From a virus, in the IMG/VR virus record IMGVR_UViG_3300047160_018755, positions 32,001 to 96,000 of that record: a stretch of 64,000 bases of DNA. One strand, given 5' to 3'. Shown piece after piece: positions 18,119-27,139 of the stretch (position 1 is the stretch's first letter; each line of letters starts with the position of its first letter). Below the pieces are notes generated by a model. It saw nothing but the letters and a program-made list of their open reading frames with translations. It was not told the origin of the DNA and did not search any database. Made by a program: the position numbers and the translations under genes.

Positions 18119-18483
18119 ATGAGCCCCCGAACCACGGCCCGGTACATCGCACGGGCGCGGTCACCGCCGTTGACACTCATCTGCCACGCAATCCACGAAT
18201 CGTAGTCGATCCAGAACCCACCCTGGTTGCCAGCCGGCGGGCCCATCTCCTCGTCGGTGCACGCGGGGATGGTGTTGTTTTCGAGGGCGTGGCCGAACTT
18301 GAAGTGGATGACCTGATCGCCCGGGACGTGGAACTGGTTCAGCCACTTCCCGACCAGGCCTGTCTTACGCTCCTCCGTCAGCGGAAGGCTGTAGTTGGTT
18401 GTCCAACGCCACTGCGGACCCTTCGGCGGGCATTCGCCCGCGTGGTCCTTCTTGCAGTTGCTGCACCAGAAAGCGTAGCTCAT
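18115..18483 (-). CDS. CCHC-leader family protein
   Basis: MSYAFWCSNCKKDHAGECPP. Confidence 0.75.
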   Translation of the reverse strand: MSYAFWCSNCKKDHAGECPPKGPQWRWTTNYSLPLTEERKTGLVGKWLNQFHVPGDQVIHFKFGHALENNTIPACTDEEMGPPAGNQGGFWIDYDSWIAWQMSVNGGDRARAMYRAVVRGLI

Positions 18484-18550
18484 GCCCAGACCTTACCAGA
18501 TCTGGGCTGGGAGTCAACCCCATTGCATCGACTGCACCAGAAAATGTAGC

Positions 18551-18793
18551 CTACCACGACGGCACCCGCTCGACGATCAGCTCGATCTGGGCGACGACCT
18601 GCGCGCGCCAGCCCGGAACATCCTTCGAAAGACGGCACGAGCGTCCGATGCACCACTGGTAGTACCGGTTGCAGTCGTCCTCGGTGTGACCGCAGACGCG
18701 GCAATCCCCGATCTCGTTCAGGGTCTCCCACTCCTTGGCGATGGTCTGGGCCGTCTCCTCGTAGGTGGGCGTGTCGTCTCGGAAGCCGATCAT
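18551..18793 (-). CDS. Hypothetical Cys-rich protein
   Basis: ATGA overlap at 18790-18793. Confidence 0.6.
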   Translation of the reverse strand: MIGFRDDTPTYEETAQTIAKEWETLNEIGDCRVCGHTEDDCNRYYQWCIGRSCRLSKDVPGWRAQVVAQIELIVERVPSW

Positions 18794-19206
18794 GGCCACA
18801 CCACGAAGCGGTTCTTGCCGCCGTCCGAAGCGGCGATGCCGTCCGGATCCCACCACTCGATGCGGCAGGTGTAGATCGGATGCGCGGGCGAGTTCCACTC
18901 GCGGACCTGGATGGCGGCGCCGCCTTTGCCGTTGGCCACGATCGCCATCACCTCGTAGCCGTCCTTCCAGCCCGCCGACTTCCAAACCGTGCTCCACTGG
19001 TCCTGGTGCTCGAAGAGCCACCGGGAACCGACCGGGATGACGATCATGGTGCCGTTGTTGGGCAGCGGCGTGCCGGCGGCGGGTGCCGAGGGCTTGCCGT
19101 CGACCTCCTCCACCGTCTTCTGGACGAGGGTCTTCTTGGGTGCCGGAGGACACTCGCCGGCATGGGCGAATCCGCAAGGCGTGCAGTAGAAGCTGTATCC
19201 GCTCAT
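18790..19206 (-). CDS. CCHC-leader family protein
   Basis: MSGYSFYCTPCGFAHAGECPP. Confidence 0.75.
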   Translation of the reverse strand: MSGYSFYCTPCGFAHAGECPPAPKKTLVQKTVEEVDGKPSAPAAGTPLPNNGTMIVIPVGSRWLFEHQDQWSTVWKSAGWKDGYEVMAIVANGKGGAAIQVREWNSPAHPIYTCRIEWWDPDGIAASDGGKNRFVVWP

Positions 19207-19403
19207 GGCCAAGCCTGCTTTGACAGTCGGTCGATCAGTTCCTTCTTGATGACGAGGTACGCGGCCTTCAGCTCATCGAGTGTCGCTTCTTTGATCGCCT
19301 CTTCCATCGCCTGCTGGTCATCCAGCGGCAACGGCTTGATCTTGGAGCAATCCCCAGCGTGGTCGAAGCCGCACGAAGAGCAGTGGAAGACGTAGCCGCC
19401 CAC
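19203..19403 (-). CDS. CCHC-leader family protein
   Basis: MGGYVFHCSSCGFDHAGDC. Confidence 0.7.
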   Translation of the reverse strand: MGGYVFHCSSCGFDHAGDCSKIKPLPLDDQQAMEEAIKEATLDELKAAYLVIKKELIDRLSKQAWP

Positions 19404-19406
19404 GGG

Positions 19407-19577
19407 CTACTCCTCTTCGTCGTCGACGAACTCGAACCCCTCGCGCGTGATGCCGATCTCGCAGTGCGCGCCGTCATCGTCCACGAAGAGCACCAAGATC
19501 TTGGCGCACTTGGCCCCCGGCAGGATCTTCTCCACCGACGGCCCCATCTCCTGCTCGAACTCTTCGAATTTGGTCAT
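19407..19577 (-). CDS. Small acidic protein (56 aa)
   Basis: Hand translation MTKFEEFEQEMG...DDEEE; directly after GATTCGATAGAA motif. Confidence 0.6.
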   Translation of the reverse strand: MTKFEEFEQEMGPSVEKILPGAKCAKILVLFVDDDGAHCEIGITREGFEFVDDEEE

Positions 19578-19594
19578 ACCCACCTTCTATCGAA

Positions 19595-20014
19595 TCAAGG
19601 GACGAAGCGGAGCCAGTGGCCGACGTTCACGTCGTAGAAGCCGTCGGTCAGCCAGCAGTCGATGTTGCACCACCACGTACCCCGGCCGGGATCTTGCTCG
19701 ACCCTGACCATGCCGTTGGGCGTCGCTGACATCACCTCGAACGTGGCGAATTTGTTGCCCGGCTTCCAGGGGTCCGACTTCTGCTTGCGGATCTCGGAGT
19801 GCCACGTGCTGCCGATGGCCGGCGGAACGGGCGGGGCCACGAGGATCGGCACTTTCCAGCTGTTCTGGGCGCTCTGCACCGCTTTCAGGAACATCCCCTT
19901 GACCTTCTCGACGTTAACGTCGAGGTCGGTCGGGACCGAGATCGTGAACTTCGCGGGCGGGCACTCCCCAGCGTGGGAGAGCTTGCAATTCGAGCACCAG
20001 AAGGCGTAGCTCAT
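19595..20014 (-). CDS. CCHC-leader family protein
   Basis: MSYAFWCSNCKLSHAGECPP. Confidence 0.75.
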   Translation of the reverse strand: MSYAFWCSNCKLSHAGECPPAKFTISVPTDLDVNVEKVKGMFLKAVQSAQNSWKVPILVAPPVPPAIGSTWHSEIRKQKSDPWKPGNKFATFEVMSATPNGMVRVEQDPGRGTWWCNIDCWLTDGFYDVNVGHWLRFVP

Positions 20015-20211
20015 CACTTGTCCCCGTGGAGCACCACGCGCACCGAACGCTCCAGCCACGTCACCGACAGCACCTGGCCCTTTGGGCCGACGTAGTCCTC
20101 GTCCGTGGTGTGAGAGGACAGGTCGACGTAGTCACCGACCCGCGGCACCGCCGGCCACATGCGGGTGGCTCGGGACTCGTTTTGCATGTGGACGAACTCG
20201 ATGGGGATCAT
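20014..20211 (-). CDS. Hypothetical protein
   Basis: Overlapping stop/start. Confidence 0.65.
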   Translation of the reverse strand: MIPIEFVHMQNESRATRMWPAVPRVGDYVDLSSHTTDEDYVGPKGQVLSVTWLERSVRVVLHGDK

Positions 20212-20224
20212 CGTGGGTGATCCA

Positions 20225-20413
20225 TCAGATTTTCAGCCCGAGCAGCTGGGCGAACGTCTGGAACTCGCCGACCTGCTGCTTGTTGATCATGAACTTCGTG
20301 CCGGGGGCATCGTTGTGCCACAGCAGGAACGAGCCGTCCTGGGCCTTGACCATCGTGAAGTTCGGCCCGACGTAGCGCTGGTCGCCACCGTAGATCGTGA
20401 TCGCGTCCATCAT
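20225..20413 (-). CDS. Hypothetical protein
   Basis: Co-oriented run. Confidence 0.55.
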   Translation of the reverse strand: MMDAITIYGGDQRYVGPNFTMVKAQDGSFLLWHNDAPGTKFMINKQQVGEFQTFAQLLGLKI

Positions 20414-20498
20414 TCCCACCACTTTCTGCACAAATACATGACCCCGAGCACCGCGATGGCGCACATCGCGACGTACGGGTTGACGTGGATCATCGGGA

Positions 20499-20732
20499 TC
20501 ACGTCACGCCTCGCTTCTTCAGCTCCGCCTCGACGAGCTTGAGCCGGCGGAAGAGCGCCGTCTCGGTCTCGGCGTAGATCGGGTCCGGGTCGTCCGTGGA
20601 CTGGATGCCGCGGATGCCGTCGTGGATCTCGCTCCGCTCCAGTTTGAGCTGGGCCGTGGTCGTGTCGGCCACAGCGCGCGTGCTGAGGGCGTCTTGGCCT
20701 CGTTCCAAGCGGATCTCGTCGTGGCGGCTCAT
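20499..20732 (-). CDS. Hypothetical protein
   Basis: TGATG overlap. Confidence 0.6.
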   Translation of the reverse strand: MSRHDEIRLERGQDALSTRAVADTTTAQLKLERSEIHDGIRGIQSTDDPDPIYAETETALFRRLKLVEAELKKRGVT

Positions 20733-20938
20733 CACGCGCTCCCGAACTGGTGCGAGGCCCAGGTCTCGGACTCCATGGACCAGAAGAACCCCAGCTCGAT
20801 CAGCCGGCGCTCGTCCTCGCCCGTGATGTCCATGCGCTCGAACCCAACCACGTAGAGCGTGTCGTGCTCGCAGGTCGTGGGCCACTCCAGGTCCTTGTAC
20901 TTGGCGAAGATCTGGAGGGCTTCGATGAGGCGCTTCAT
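20732..20938 (-). CDS. Hypothetical phage protein
   Basis: MKRLIEALQIFAKY...CEHDTL...LIELGF. Confidence 0.65.
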   Translation of the reverse strand: MKRLIEALQIFAKYKDLEWPTTCEHDTLYVVGFERMDITGEDERRLIELGFFWSMESETWASHQFGSA

Positions 20939-21153
20939 GGACGGTCTCCGTCGTTGGGGTCGACGCACGACGCGGGGCCACTCTGGGGATCGCGGCCGTA
21001 CCACGTCTCGCGCTCCTGGACCGCGGAGTCGAACGACTCCAGGCAGCCCCGGAGGAACTTGGCGAGGATGAAATCCGGCGTGTTGCTGCCGTTCTCCATG
21101 GACTCGCGGTTGATGAGCCGCTCCAGCTCGGAGCGAAAGGCGGCTGCGCTCAC
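20935..21153 (-). CDS. Hypothetical phage protein (ENGSNTPDFILA type)
   Basis: Motif recalled from phage small proteins. Confidence 0.65.
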   Translation of the reverse strand: MSAAAFRSELERLINRESMENGSNTPDFILAKFLRGCLESFDSAVQERETWYGRDPQSGPASCVDPNDGDRP

Positions 21154-21155
21154 GG

Positions 21156-21545
21156 TCAGTCCTTCTGGACCCAGTTCGGGTCGGCGTCGTCGCGAGCGCG
21201 GAGGCGCTTGCCCAGCTCGAAGAAGGGTCCACCCTTGCCGTCGCCGCGCTCGTAGCCCTGCTCCACGGCGACCATCTCCTGCTCGGTGGCGAGCCCGGTG
21301 TCCTCGATCCCCTCGAACACCGCCGCCTCCTTCTTGCTCCGGCCGCCGAGGAACTGGCAGACCGCCCCGACAGCGCAGCCACATGGCTTGCCGTGCAGCT
21401 TGGTGAGGTAGCCTTGGCCGGCCTTGAAGAAGAACTCTTCTTTGTCGAGCATCTCGTTGACGCCGATCTCGATGATCTTGGCGCGCTCCTTGGCGGAGAG
21501 GACGTCGATGAGGAGGCCGTGCTTGCTGTTCGGATGTTTGGGCAT
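21156..21545 (-). CDS. Paralog family B protein
   Basis: CGCAVG...GYE...FFELGKRLR. Confidence 0.7.
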   Translation of the reverse strand: MPKHPNSKHGLLIDVLSAKERAKIIEIGVNEMLDKEEFFFKAGQGYLTKLHGKPCGCAVGAVCQFLGGRSKKEAAVFEGIEDTGLATEQEMVAVEQGYERGDGKGGPFFELGKRLRARDDADPNWVQKD

Positions 21546-21627
21546 GGTGTGAACCTACTCGATCTGTGGGGTGATGTCAAGCCCTACGTGTTGGCCTTCC
21601 GTGAACGCTTGAGGCTCTCGGTCATGG

Positions 21628-22125
21628 CTAGAACGGCTGATCGCTCGGGCGGAGCGCCTCGTTGTGGGGGTCCATGATCCTCTCGCCCCGGAAGAGGACC
21701 GCCTCGTACAGCTCGTGGAGGCACATGTTCTTGAGGGCCAGGCGGACCAGCTCGACCGCCTTCCGGCAGCCGGCCTGCTCCAGGTAGTCCTGGGTGACGC
21801 CCGTGCAGGTGTTCAGCTCGAACATGCCGTTGGGGTCGCGCACGACGAACGGCAGCTCGTTGTTGTTGCGGGGGAGAATCCGCATGCACACGTGGAGCCC
21901 CGGACGCCGGCCCGAGCACGTCATGCAGAAGCTCATCCGCTGATCCCACTTCGCCACCCGCATCGGGAGCGGGAAGGCCCGGAGGTCGAAGCAGGCCGCG
22001 AGGTCGTCGATGTACGAGATCTCGCGGATGAGAGCATGAGCCCGTTCGTCCATCGTGGGCTTCTCCTCGACGCGGCGGGCGAAGATCACGAACGGGTCGT
22101 CTTTGCTGTTGACCTCGAAGGGCAC
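21628..22125 (-). CDS. Hypothetical protein
   Basis: GTG with AAGGAG SD. Confidence 0.6.
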   Translation of the reverse strand: MPFEVNSKDDPFVIFARRVEEKPTMDERAHALIREISYIDDLAACFDLRAFPLPMRVAKWDQRMSFCMTCSGRRPGLHVCMRILPRNNNELPFVVRDPNGMFELNTCTGVTQDYLEQAGCRKAVELVRLALKNMCLHELYEAVLFRGERIMDPHNEALRPSDQPF

Positions 22126-22127
22126 GG

Positions 22128-22475
22128 CTACTCCTTGTTGGCGGGCTGGAGTCGGCGACGCAGACGCTGGCCGACCTGGAAGGCCGGGCTGTTGGTGTCG
22201 ACGCTGGCCGGGGCGGCGTCGGGCCGGGAGGCGTCGAAGCCCCAGACGATGTCCCATGCCTCCAGCGGCTCGATCCCGAGCTTCTTGGCCGCAACGGCCG
22301 GAGTGTCGCTCCAGGAGTCTGCCACCACCATGGTGAGAGCGCAGCACTGGCTCCCGGGCTGGTAGCACCCGAAGGTCCCGTTGACGAGCTTGATGCCCTT
22401 GGCCTGGCCGCGCTTGACGGCGCGCTCGATCCGGGCCTGGATGTTGCGCCACTTCCTGTTGGTGTCTTTCGCCAT
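22128..22475 (-). CDS. Paralog family B protein
   Basis: CCALT...AAKKLG...GFD...FQVGQRLR. Confidence 0.75.
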   Translation of the reverse strand: MAKDTNRKWRNIQARIERAVKRGQAKGIKLVNGTFGCYQPGSQCCALTMVVADSWSDTPAVAAKKLGIEPLEAWDIVWGFDASRPDAAPASVDTNSPAFQVGQRLRRRLQPANKE

Positions 22476-22484
22476 GGTGGACTC

Positions 22485-22799
22485 CTAGGCCAGCTCGAAG
22501 AGCAGGGTGAACTCGCGGGGCGAGACCTTGATGTTGTCCCACCCGTCTTGGTAGTGGTCGTAGACCGGGCCCGGCGTCCGGGCCACGTAGTGGTTGACCT
22601 TCTCCGGCTTCTTGTCCGTGTGGACGACGATGAACCGGTTCTGGACGTAGACCCGGAGGTCCCAGCGCCGGAAGCGCTTCTTGAGCGCCCGCGTGATCGC
22701 CATCGCGTGGGGGCAGTGCTCGGCGATGTCCCAGTGGCCGCGGTCGATGTCGGCCTGGGTCACCTTGTAGTCGAGGGTGAACGAATCGGGATGCTTCAC
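22485..22799 (-). CDS. Hypothetical protein
   Basis: GTGA overlap. Confidence 0.6.
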   Translation of the reverse strand: MKHPDSFTLDYKVTQADIDRGHWDIAEHCPHAMAITRALKKRFRRWDLRVYVQNRFIVVHTDKKPEKVNHYVARTPGPVYDHYQDGWDNIKVSPREFTLLFELA

Positions 22800-23503
22800 G
22801 GCTGGGCCTCCGCGGTGGAACGCAGGAAGTCGATGACGTCCTGCTTGGTGGTTTCGGGCTTGTCGTTCCAATACCCGATCTCGCCGCGGAACTCGGGCTT
22901 GGCGTCGTAGAGGGCGTCGCAGGCGTTGCACTCGGCGGTGTAGGCCGCGTTGGAGCGGATGCCATCGTCGCGGACGATGTTGTCGAGCCCCAGCTCCTTG
23001 ATGGCGATCGAGACCGCCCCCAGCGTGCAGCAGGCGTACGGGGTGTTGTCGAGGTGACGAAGCGTCATCAGACCCTTGCAGTGGTCGAGGCGCTCCGCCA
23101 CTTCGGCGGCCTTCAGCAGGACTTCTTTGGTCGTGGGCATGGGGGTCCTTTCAGACGATGAGGTTGGGGAGGGCGGACTTGTGGGAGGATCGTACTTCTC
23201 CCGGAGGTTGGCGCCCAGCTTCCAGGCTTCCTCGCCTTCCCCGTACCGGCGGTTGCCGTCGAAGCCCTCCGTGATCCTCCAGACGTCGGAGACCTCGATG
23301 CCCAAGATCTCGGCCGCGGCCCCGAGGGAGTCGGCCTCCCGGTAGCGCGGGCCCATCACCATCGTGATCGGGCAGCACTTGGCGCCGGGCTCGTAGGCCC
23401 CGAAACACCCGTGCACCAAGATCGCCCCGAACTCCTTCCCGCGCTCGACCGCGGTCTCGATTTGGGCTTGCACCAACTTCCACTTTTCCGGCAGCTCGTT
23501 CAT
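22796..23503 (-). CDS. Fusion ORF: family B domain + DUF6197-like domain (internal SD and ATG at 23140)
   Basis: N part CCPIT..GFD..WKLGANLR; C part CCTLGA..YWND..TTKQDVIDFL. Confidence 0.65.
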   Translation of the reverse strand: MNELPEKWKLVQAQIETAVERGKEFGAILVHGCFGAYEPGAKCCPITMVMGPRYREADSLGAAAEILGIEVSDVWRITEGFDGNRRYGEGEEAWKLGANLREKYDPPTSPPSPTSSSERTPMPTTKEVLLKAAEVAERLDHCKGLMTLRHLDNTPYACCTLGAVSIAIKELGLDNIVRDDGIRSNAAYTAECNACDALYDAKPEFRGEIGYWNDKPETTKQDVIDFLRSTAEAQP

Positions 23504-23671
23504 GGATCTGACCCTAACCGATCCGTGCGGAGAATGCAACCCTCTATTCTCCGCAAACCCGACAAAATTTTTTCCACACCCAGTGGGGCAAAATGCCCCA
23601 CTGCCCCAGCCTCGCTTCCGCTCGGCCCCGGGGCGTTTCTAGGCTTGACACCAATCTCAGGAGGTGAGAGG

Positions 23672-24001
23672 ATGTCCCACATGCACCTCGTCCCACCTTG
23701 CGAATACACCTGCCCGAGCTGCCACTCAGCCGCGACCATCCCGGCCGACCAGGCGAGGGTGTGGGTGCGCCGGGGAATGGTCTTCGACCCCGGGCCGCGC
23801 CCGACCTACGCCGCGGTGGCCTTCGGGGTCGCCTCGCTCTGGTTGCTCTTCGACTACCTGGCGCCAGGGTGGGTGTGGATCCTGGCTGCGCTCTTCTTCT
23901 TCGCCCGGCGGCGCCAAGAGCGCCAGCGTTGGGTCGAGGCCTTCGAGTCGGTGACGTGGACCTGGGTCTGCCAGTCCTGCCGGTGCACCTTCCGGCCGTA
24001 G
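23672..24001 (+). CDS. CxxC-TM-CxxC membrane zinc-ribbon protein
   Basis: CPSC, two hydrophobic helices, CQSC; AGGAGG SD. Confidence 0.65.
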   Translation: MSHMHLVPPCEYTCPSCHSAATIPADQARVWVRRGMVFDPGPRPTYAAVAFGVASLWLLFDYLAPGWVWILAALFFFARRRQERQRWVEAFESVTWTWVCQSCRCTFRP

Positions 24002-24014
24002 GCGATGCCCCGGG

Positions 24015-24209
24015 TTAGGCCCGGTGCACGATGATGACCCGCACCTTCCCCATCCAGGTGAAGGTCAAATCCCGATGCTTCCGGAGGTAGGTGTACACCT
24101 CCTTCCACGTCACGTACTGGCGCTCGCCCGACTCGTGGACCACCATCCACCGGTCCTCCTGGACGAAGGGGCTGAATCCTTCCTCTCCCACGGGTTTCTC
24201 CTTGCCCAT
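24015..24209 (-). CDS. Hypothetical protein
   Basis: First gene of leftward run. Confidence 0.55.
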   Translation of the reverse strand: MGKEKPVGEEGFSPFVQEDRWMVVHESGERQYVTWKEVYTYLRKHRDLTFTWMGKVRVIIVHRA

Positions 24210-25338
24210 GGGGTGAAGTGTGGGGCCGGGGCGGTGCCGGGCGGACCCTTCATTTTGCGCGGAGCGCGCGAATATTTGGTCCGGATCCGCACCCGGTGGG
24301 CCCCTGGATGGGACCCTAGAATGTCCGGATGACCCCCGGGTGTAACCACGTACGGCCCCTGGGCTTCCCGCGGACCATGGCGCGCCTGATGTCCGGATCG
24401 ATGTCCGGTTGGGTCCGGCTGGCGCACGGGGTGGGGTCTGGAGTCACCGTGGCATTTTGCTACAATGCGTGCGTGATGTAGGTCGACCGTACGGATCCGC
24501 CCCCGGGCCGCGCGACGCGATGCGTCACGGGTCGGACCCCCGGGGTAGTACTAGGCTGGCATGGCCCTTGCATGGCTGGCGCTTGGCACGCGGCTTGCAT
24601 GTGCGCGAGATTGCAGCGCAATCGCAGCGGGTCACGCGTGTGTCGCGCGTAAGCGCGCGTAACGCATAGGGAAAACGCGGGAGGCCAGCGTATTTTTGAT
24701 ACGCTGGCCCGGATCGACGCGATGCAGTGGCTAGGGGCGGCATTGGCACGCCTTTTGCTTGGCCGGTCGCTTACGCGACGCGGTATCGTTTGGCCCGTTT
24801 TTTGCCCGTTTTGCCGCTACGCGGCGATCTGGGCTTTTGGCACGTTAGGTGCTACGGGGCGCTAGCTGCATTGCGTCGAATCTGCGATGGGTGCCTTTGC
24901 TGGGGTTGCCTGGGAACATGCCCGCGAGACTGCGCCGCCTTGCGTGTGAGGGGTTTTCGGGTCGGGTCGGGAGGTCCGGGCGAACCCACCTTGACGCGGC
25001 GCTTATGCGTTCCTAGGCCATGGCATGAAGATTGCTTGTTGGGGCAAAATGCCACGTTGTCTGTGAGGCAACAGGTGTTGTCTCGTTTCGGTACAGGTGT
25101 CGGATTTCTGTACGTTGCGGATCTGTACATGTTGCGTGTGAGGCAACAGGCGATCTATGTGATATCATTGGGGATCGGCGAATGTCACAAAACTCTGCCG
25201 ATCTGCGTCGAGCTCTAAGTGTGCGAAACCATTGGCTGGCACGGAAAGTGGATATAGGCTGGGGCACACACGAGACCGCCCGAAAGGCCGCGAAGGCCGG
25301 CCGAAACGGGCACAAACCGAAACGTAAGGAGGCCCACA
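24210..25338. promoter_or_regulatory. Divergent non-coding control region
   Basis: About 1.1 kb with no credible ORF between leftward and rightward gene runs. Confidence 0.7.
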
Positions 25339-25533
25339 ATGTTCACCTCAGTCGTTGCCCTGGTCGTCACCCTGGTTCTCGGCGCGCAGAGCGCCCCCGC
25401 CAAGTCGCCGCACGTGGTGTGCGAGACCTACGCGCCCAACGCGGAGCGCATCACCATCACGGTGTGCAACGGCCACGTGACCGACGCGTGCGACGACAGC
25501 GACCACTGCACGAGCGACGACGCGGCGCGCTAG
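25339..25533 (+). CDS. Small secreted Cys-containing protein
   Basis: Strong SD, signal-like N-terminus. Confidence 0.7.
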   Translation: MFTSVVALVVTLVLGAQSAPAKSPHVVCETYAPNAERITITVCNGHVTDACDDSDHCTSDDAAR

Positions 25534-25614
25534 GGTTGCCCGACGCTTCCGACCTGGTAGCAGGTCGGCGGCGACGGGGAATCAATCGCCCAACGCAACG
25601 TAAGGAGGCCCACA

Positions 25615-25839
25615 GTGTTCGAGACCCTGTACCGCAAAGCGTCAGACGCCGACATGGCGCTGCGCCGTCACGTGGTGCGCTGCGTCGAGTGCCAGTCTGG
25701 CCCGTGCAGCGACGCGTCGGACCTTTCGACGCAGGCCCACGTCGCGCAGCGTCAACTCGACCACGCGCGTCGTAGGGCGCACGAGGCCCGGGAAATCGCC
25801 CGCGAGGAGGCTTCCGAGCGCTCGCACCCGGTCGGCTGA
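25615..25839 (+). CDS. Hypothetical protein
   Basis: Strong SD, GTG start, HxxxCxxC. Confidence 0.7.
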   Translation: MFETLYRKASDADMALRRHVVRCVECQSGPCSDASDLSTQAHVAQRQLDHARRRAHEAREIAREEASERSHPVG

Positions 25840-25880
25840 TTCACCGCATCAAAACCCAAACGAAACGTAAGGAGGCCCAC

Positions 25881-25997
25881 ATGTATTCCAACAGCATCAA
25901 CGACCTGTACAACGCACTGCACGAAATCCTGGTCGAGGACCGCGTCGCCCGTGGCTGGCCGCTGTGGTGCGCCATCGTCGACGTCGACACGCTCTAA
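25881..25997 (+). CDS. Small protein (38 aa)
   Basis: Strong SD; MYSNSINDLYNALHEILVEDRVARGWPLWCAIVDVDTL. Confidence 0.6.
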   Translation: MYSNSINDLYNALHEILVEDRVARGWPLWCAIVDVDTL

Positions 25998-26397
25998 CGT
26001 AAGGGCGCATACATAGCACGGCTCATGCGATAGTGTCGCATGCATGAGCCGTGCCGAGGCTGATCTGCACGCGCCGAGCAGAGGGGAGCTCGTGGTGTGT
26101 TGTGTGTTGACGCAGGCCGTCAGCGTCAAGCTTCAGAGGCTCTGGGTTGGCACGATCGATGCATGCCCGAACATTTTGCGAGGTCTGACGCAGTGCCCAT
26201 GACGCACTGCGAACTATGCGGAATCATTCAATTGACGCGCTAACTGAGAATCGCGTCTAAGGCCCCTGGGAGCGCATAAGCAACGCGTCATCGGTTTTTG
26301 GCCATGTCGGGCCGTCCAGACCCCGAAACGTTGAACCTGAGCGATTGACGCGATGCGATTTTGCTGGGATGCGTCGAGGTGCTTGGCACGATCGATG

Positions 26398-26811
26398 CTA
26401 GGCGCCGAAAACTAGGCCGGCTGCGTCAAGTCGATGAATGGCATGAAACCTGCATACGAAACCCAGGTTCGCATCGCGGATTGGCACGGTGCGTTGACCG
26501 CCGAATCGCACTGCGTCACGATCGCGGGCGTTTTCTTGATGCGTCCCGGCGTAGAGGTGCGCGGGATTGACGCAGCCTTTCATGTCGCAGGTGTGACACA
26601 CGATTTTTCCGTGTGGTATCTCACCAAAAGCGATCGTGTAGGCCACGCGATGACGCAGGTACGCCTTCCCGTTAATTAGGAAGCTACCGTACTGATTTTC
26701 AGTCTCGCGACGATTGAACCAGCAGAGAAACGCACCGCGTCGAACGGTCGAGGCCTCGAATCGTTCAATGTCTGATCGCGTTAATTCTGGGATGGGCGAT
26801 GCATGTCGCAT
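26398..26811 (-). CDS. HNH endonuclease
   Basis: HRVAY...VCHTCD..GCVNPAHL..GTHQEN. Confidence 0.88.
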   Translation of the reverse strand: MRHASPIPELTRSDIERFEASTVRRGAFLCWFNRRETENQYGSFLINGKAYLRHRVAYTIAFGEIPHGKIVCHTCDMKGCVNPAHLYAGTHQENARDRDAVRFGGQRTVPIRDANLGFVCRFHAIHRLDAAGLVFGA

Positions 26812-27139
26812 GCCAATACTTCTATCGAATCTCCCAACGGTTTCGCATTTCTGGCATAAGTGGTGTGACGCAGAGCAATATCCCAGGAAATTGGGGGTGC
26901 GTAATTTCCGCGCACCCCGCGAAACGGGATATACAGGCTAAACCCGCGAAACTACACAAAACCGAATATTTTGGGGTGCGTCGATCGCTTCGCACCACGA
27001 TCCGCAACGCGTCAGATCGGCGCGAGACTTGCGGGGATCGGGTCGCGGCGAGGTTGGCACGTGGAATGCTAAACCCCTCGGTGGGCAAGCCCTGACGCGG
27101 GAGTCGAGGGCGCCCCGAAAACTGACGGCGAGGTGACCG

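Larger units (their letters stand above)
24557..27070 (+). promoter_or_regulatory. Array of sigma54-type -24/-12 boxes
   Basis: TGGCAYG-N4-(T/A/G/C)TGCW at 24557, 24584, 24744, 24838, 25021, 26148, 26384, 26439, 27055; TGGCCCG variant 24791; TGGCACG-N4-GTGGA at 25237. Confidence 0.7.
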
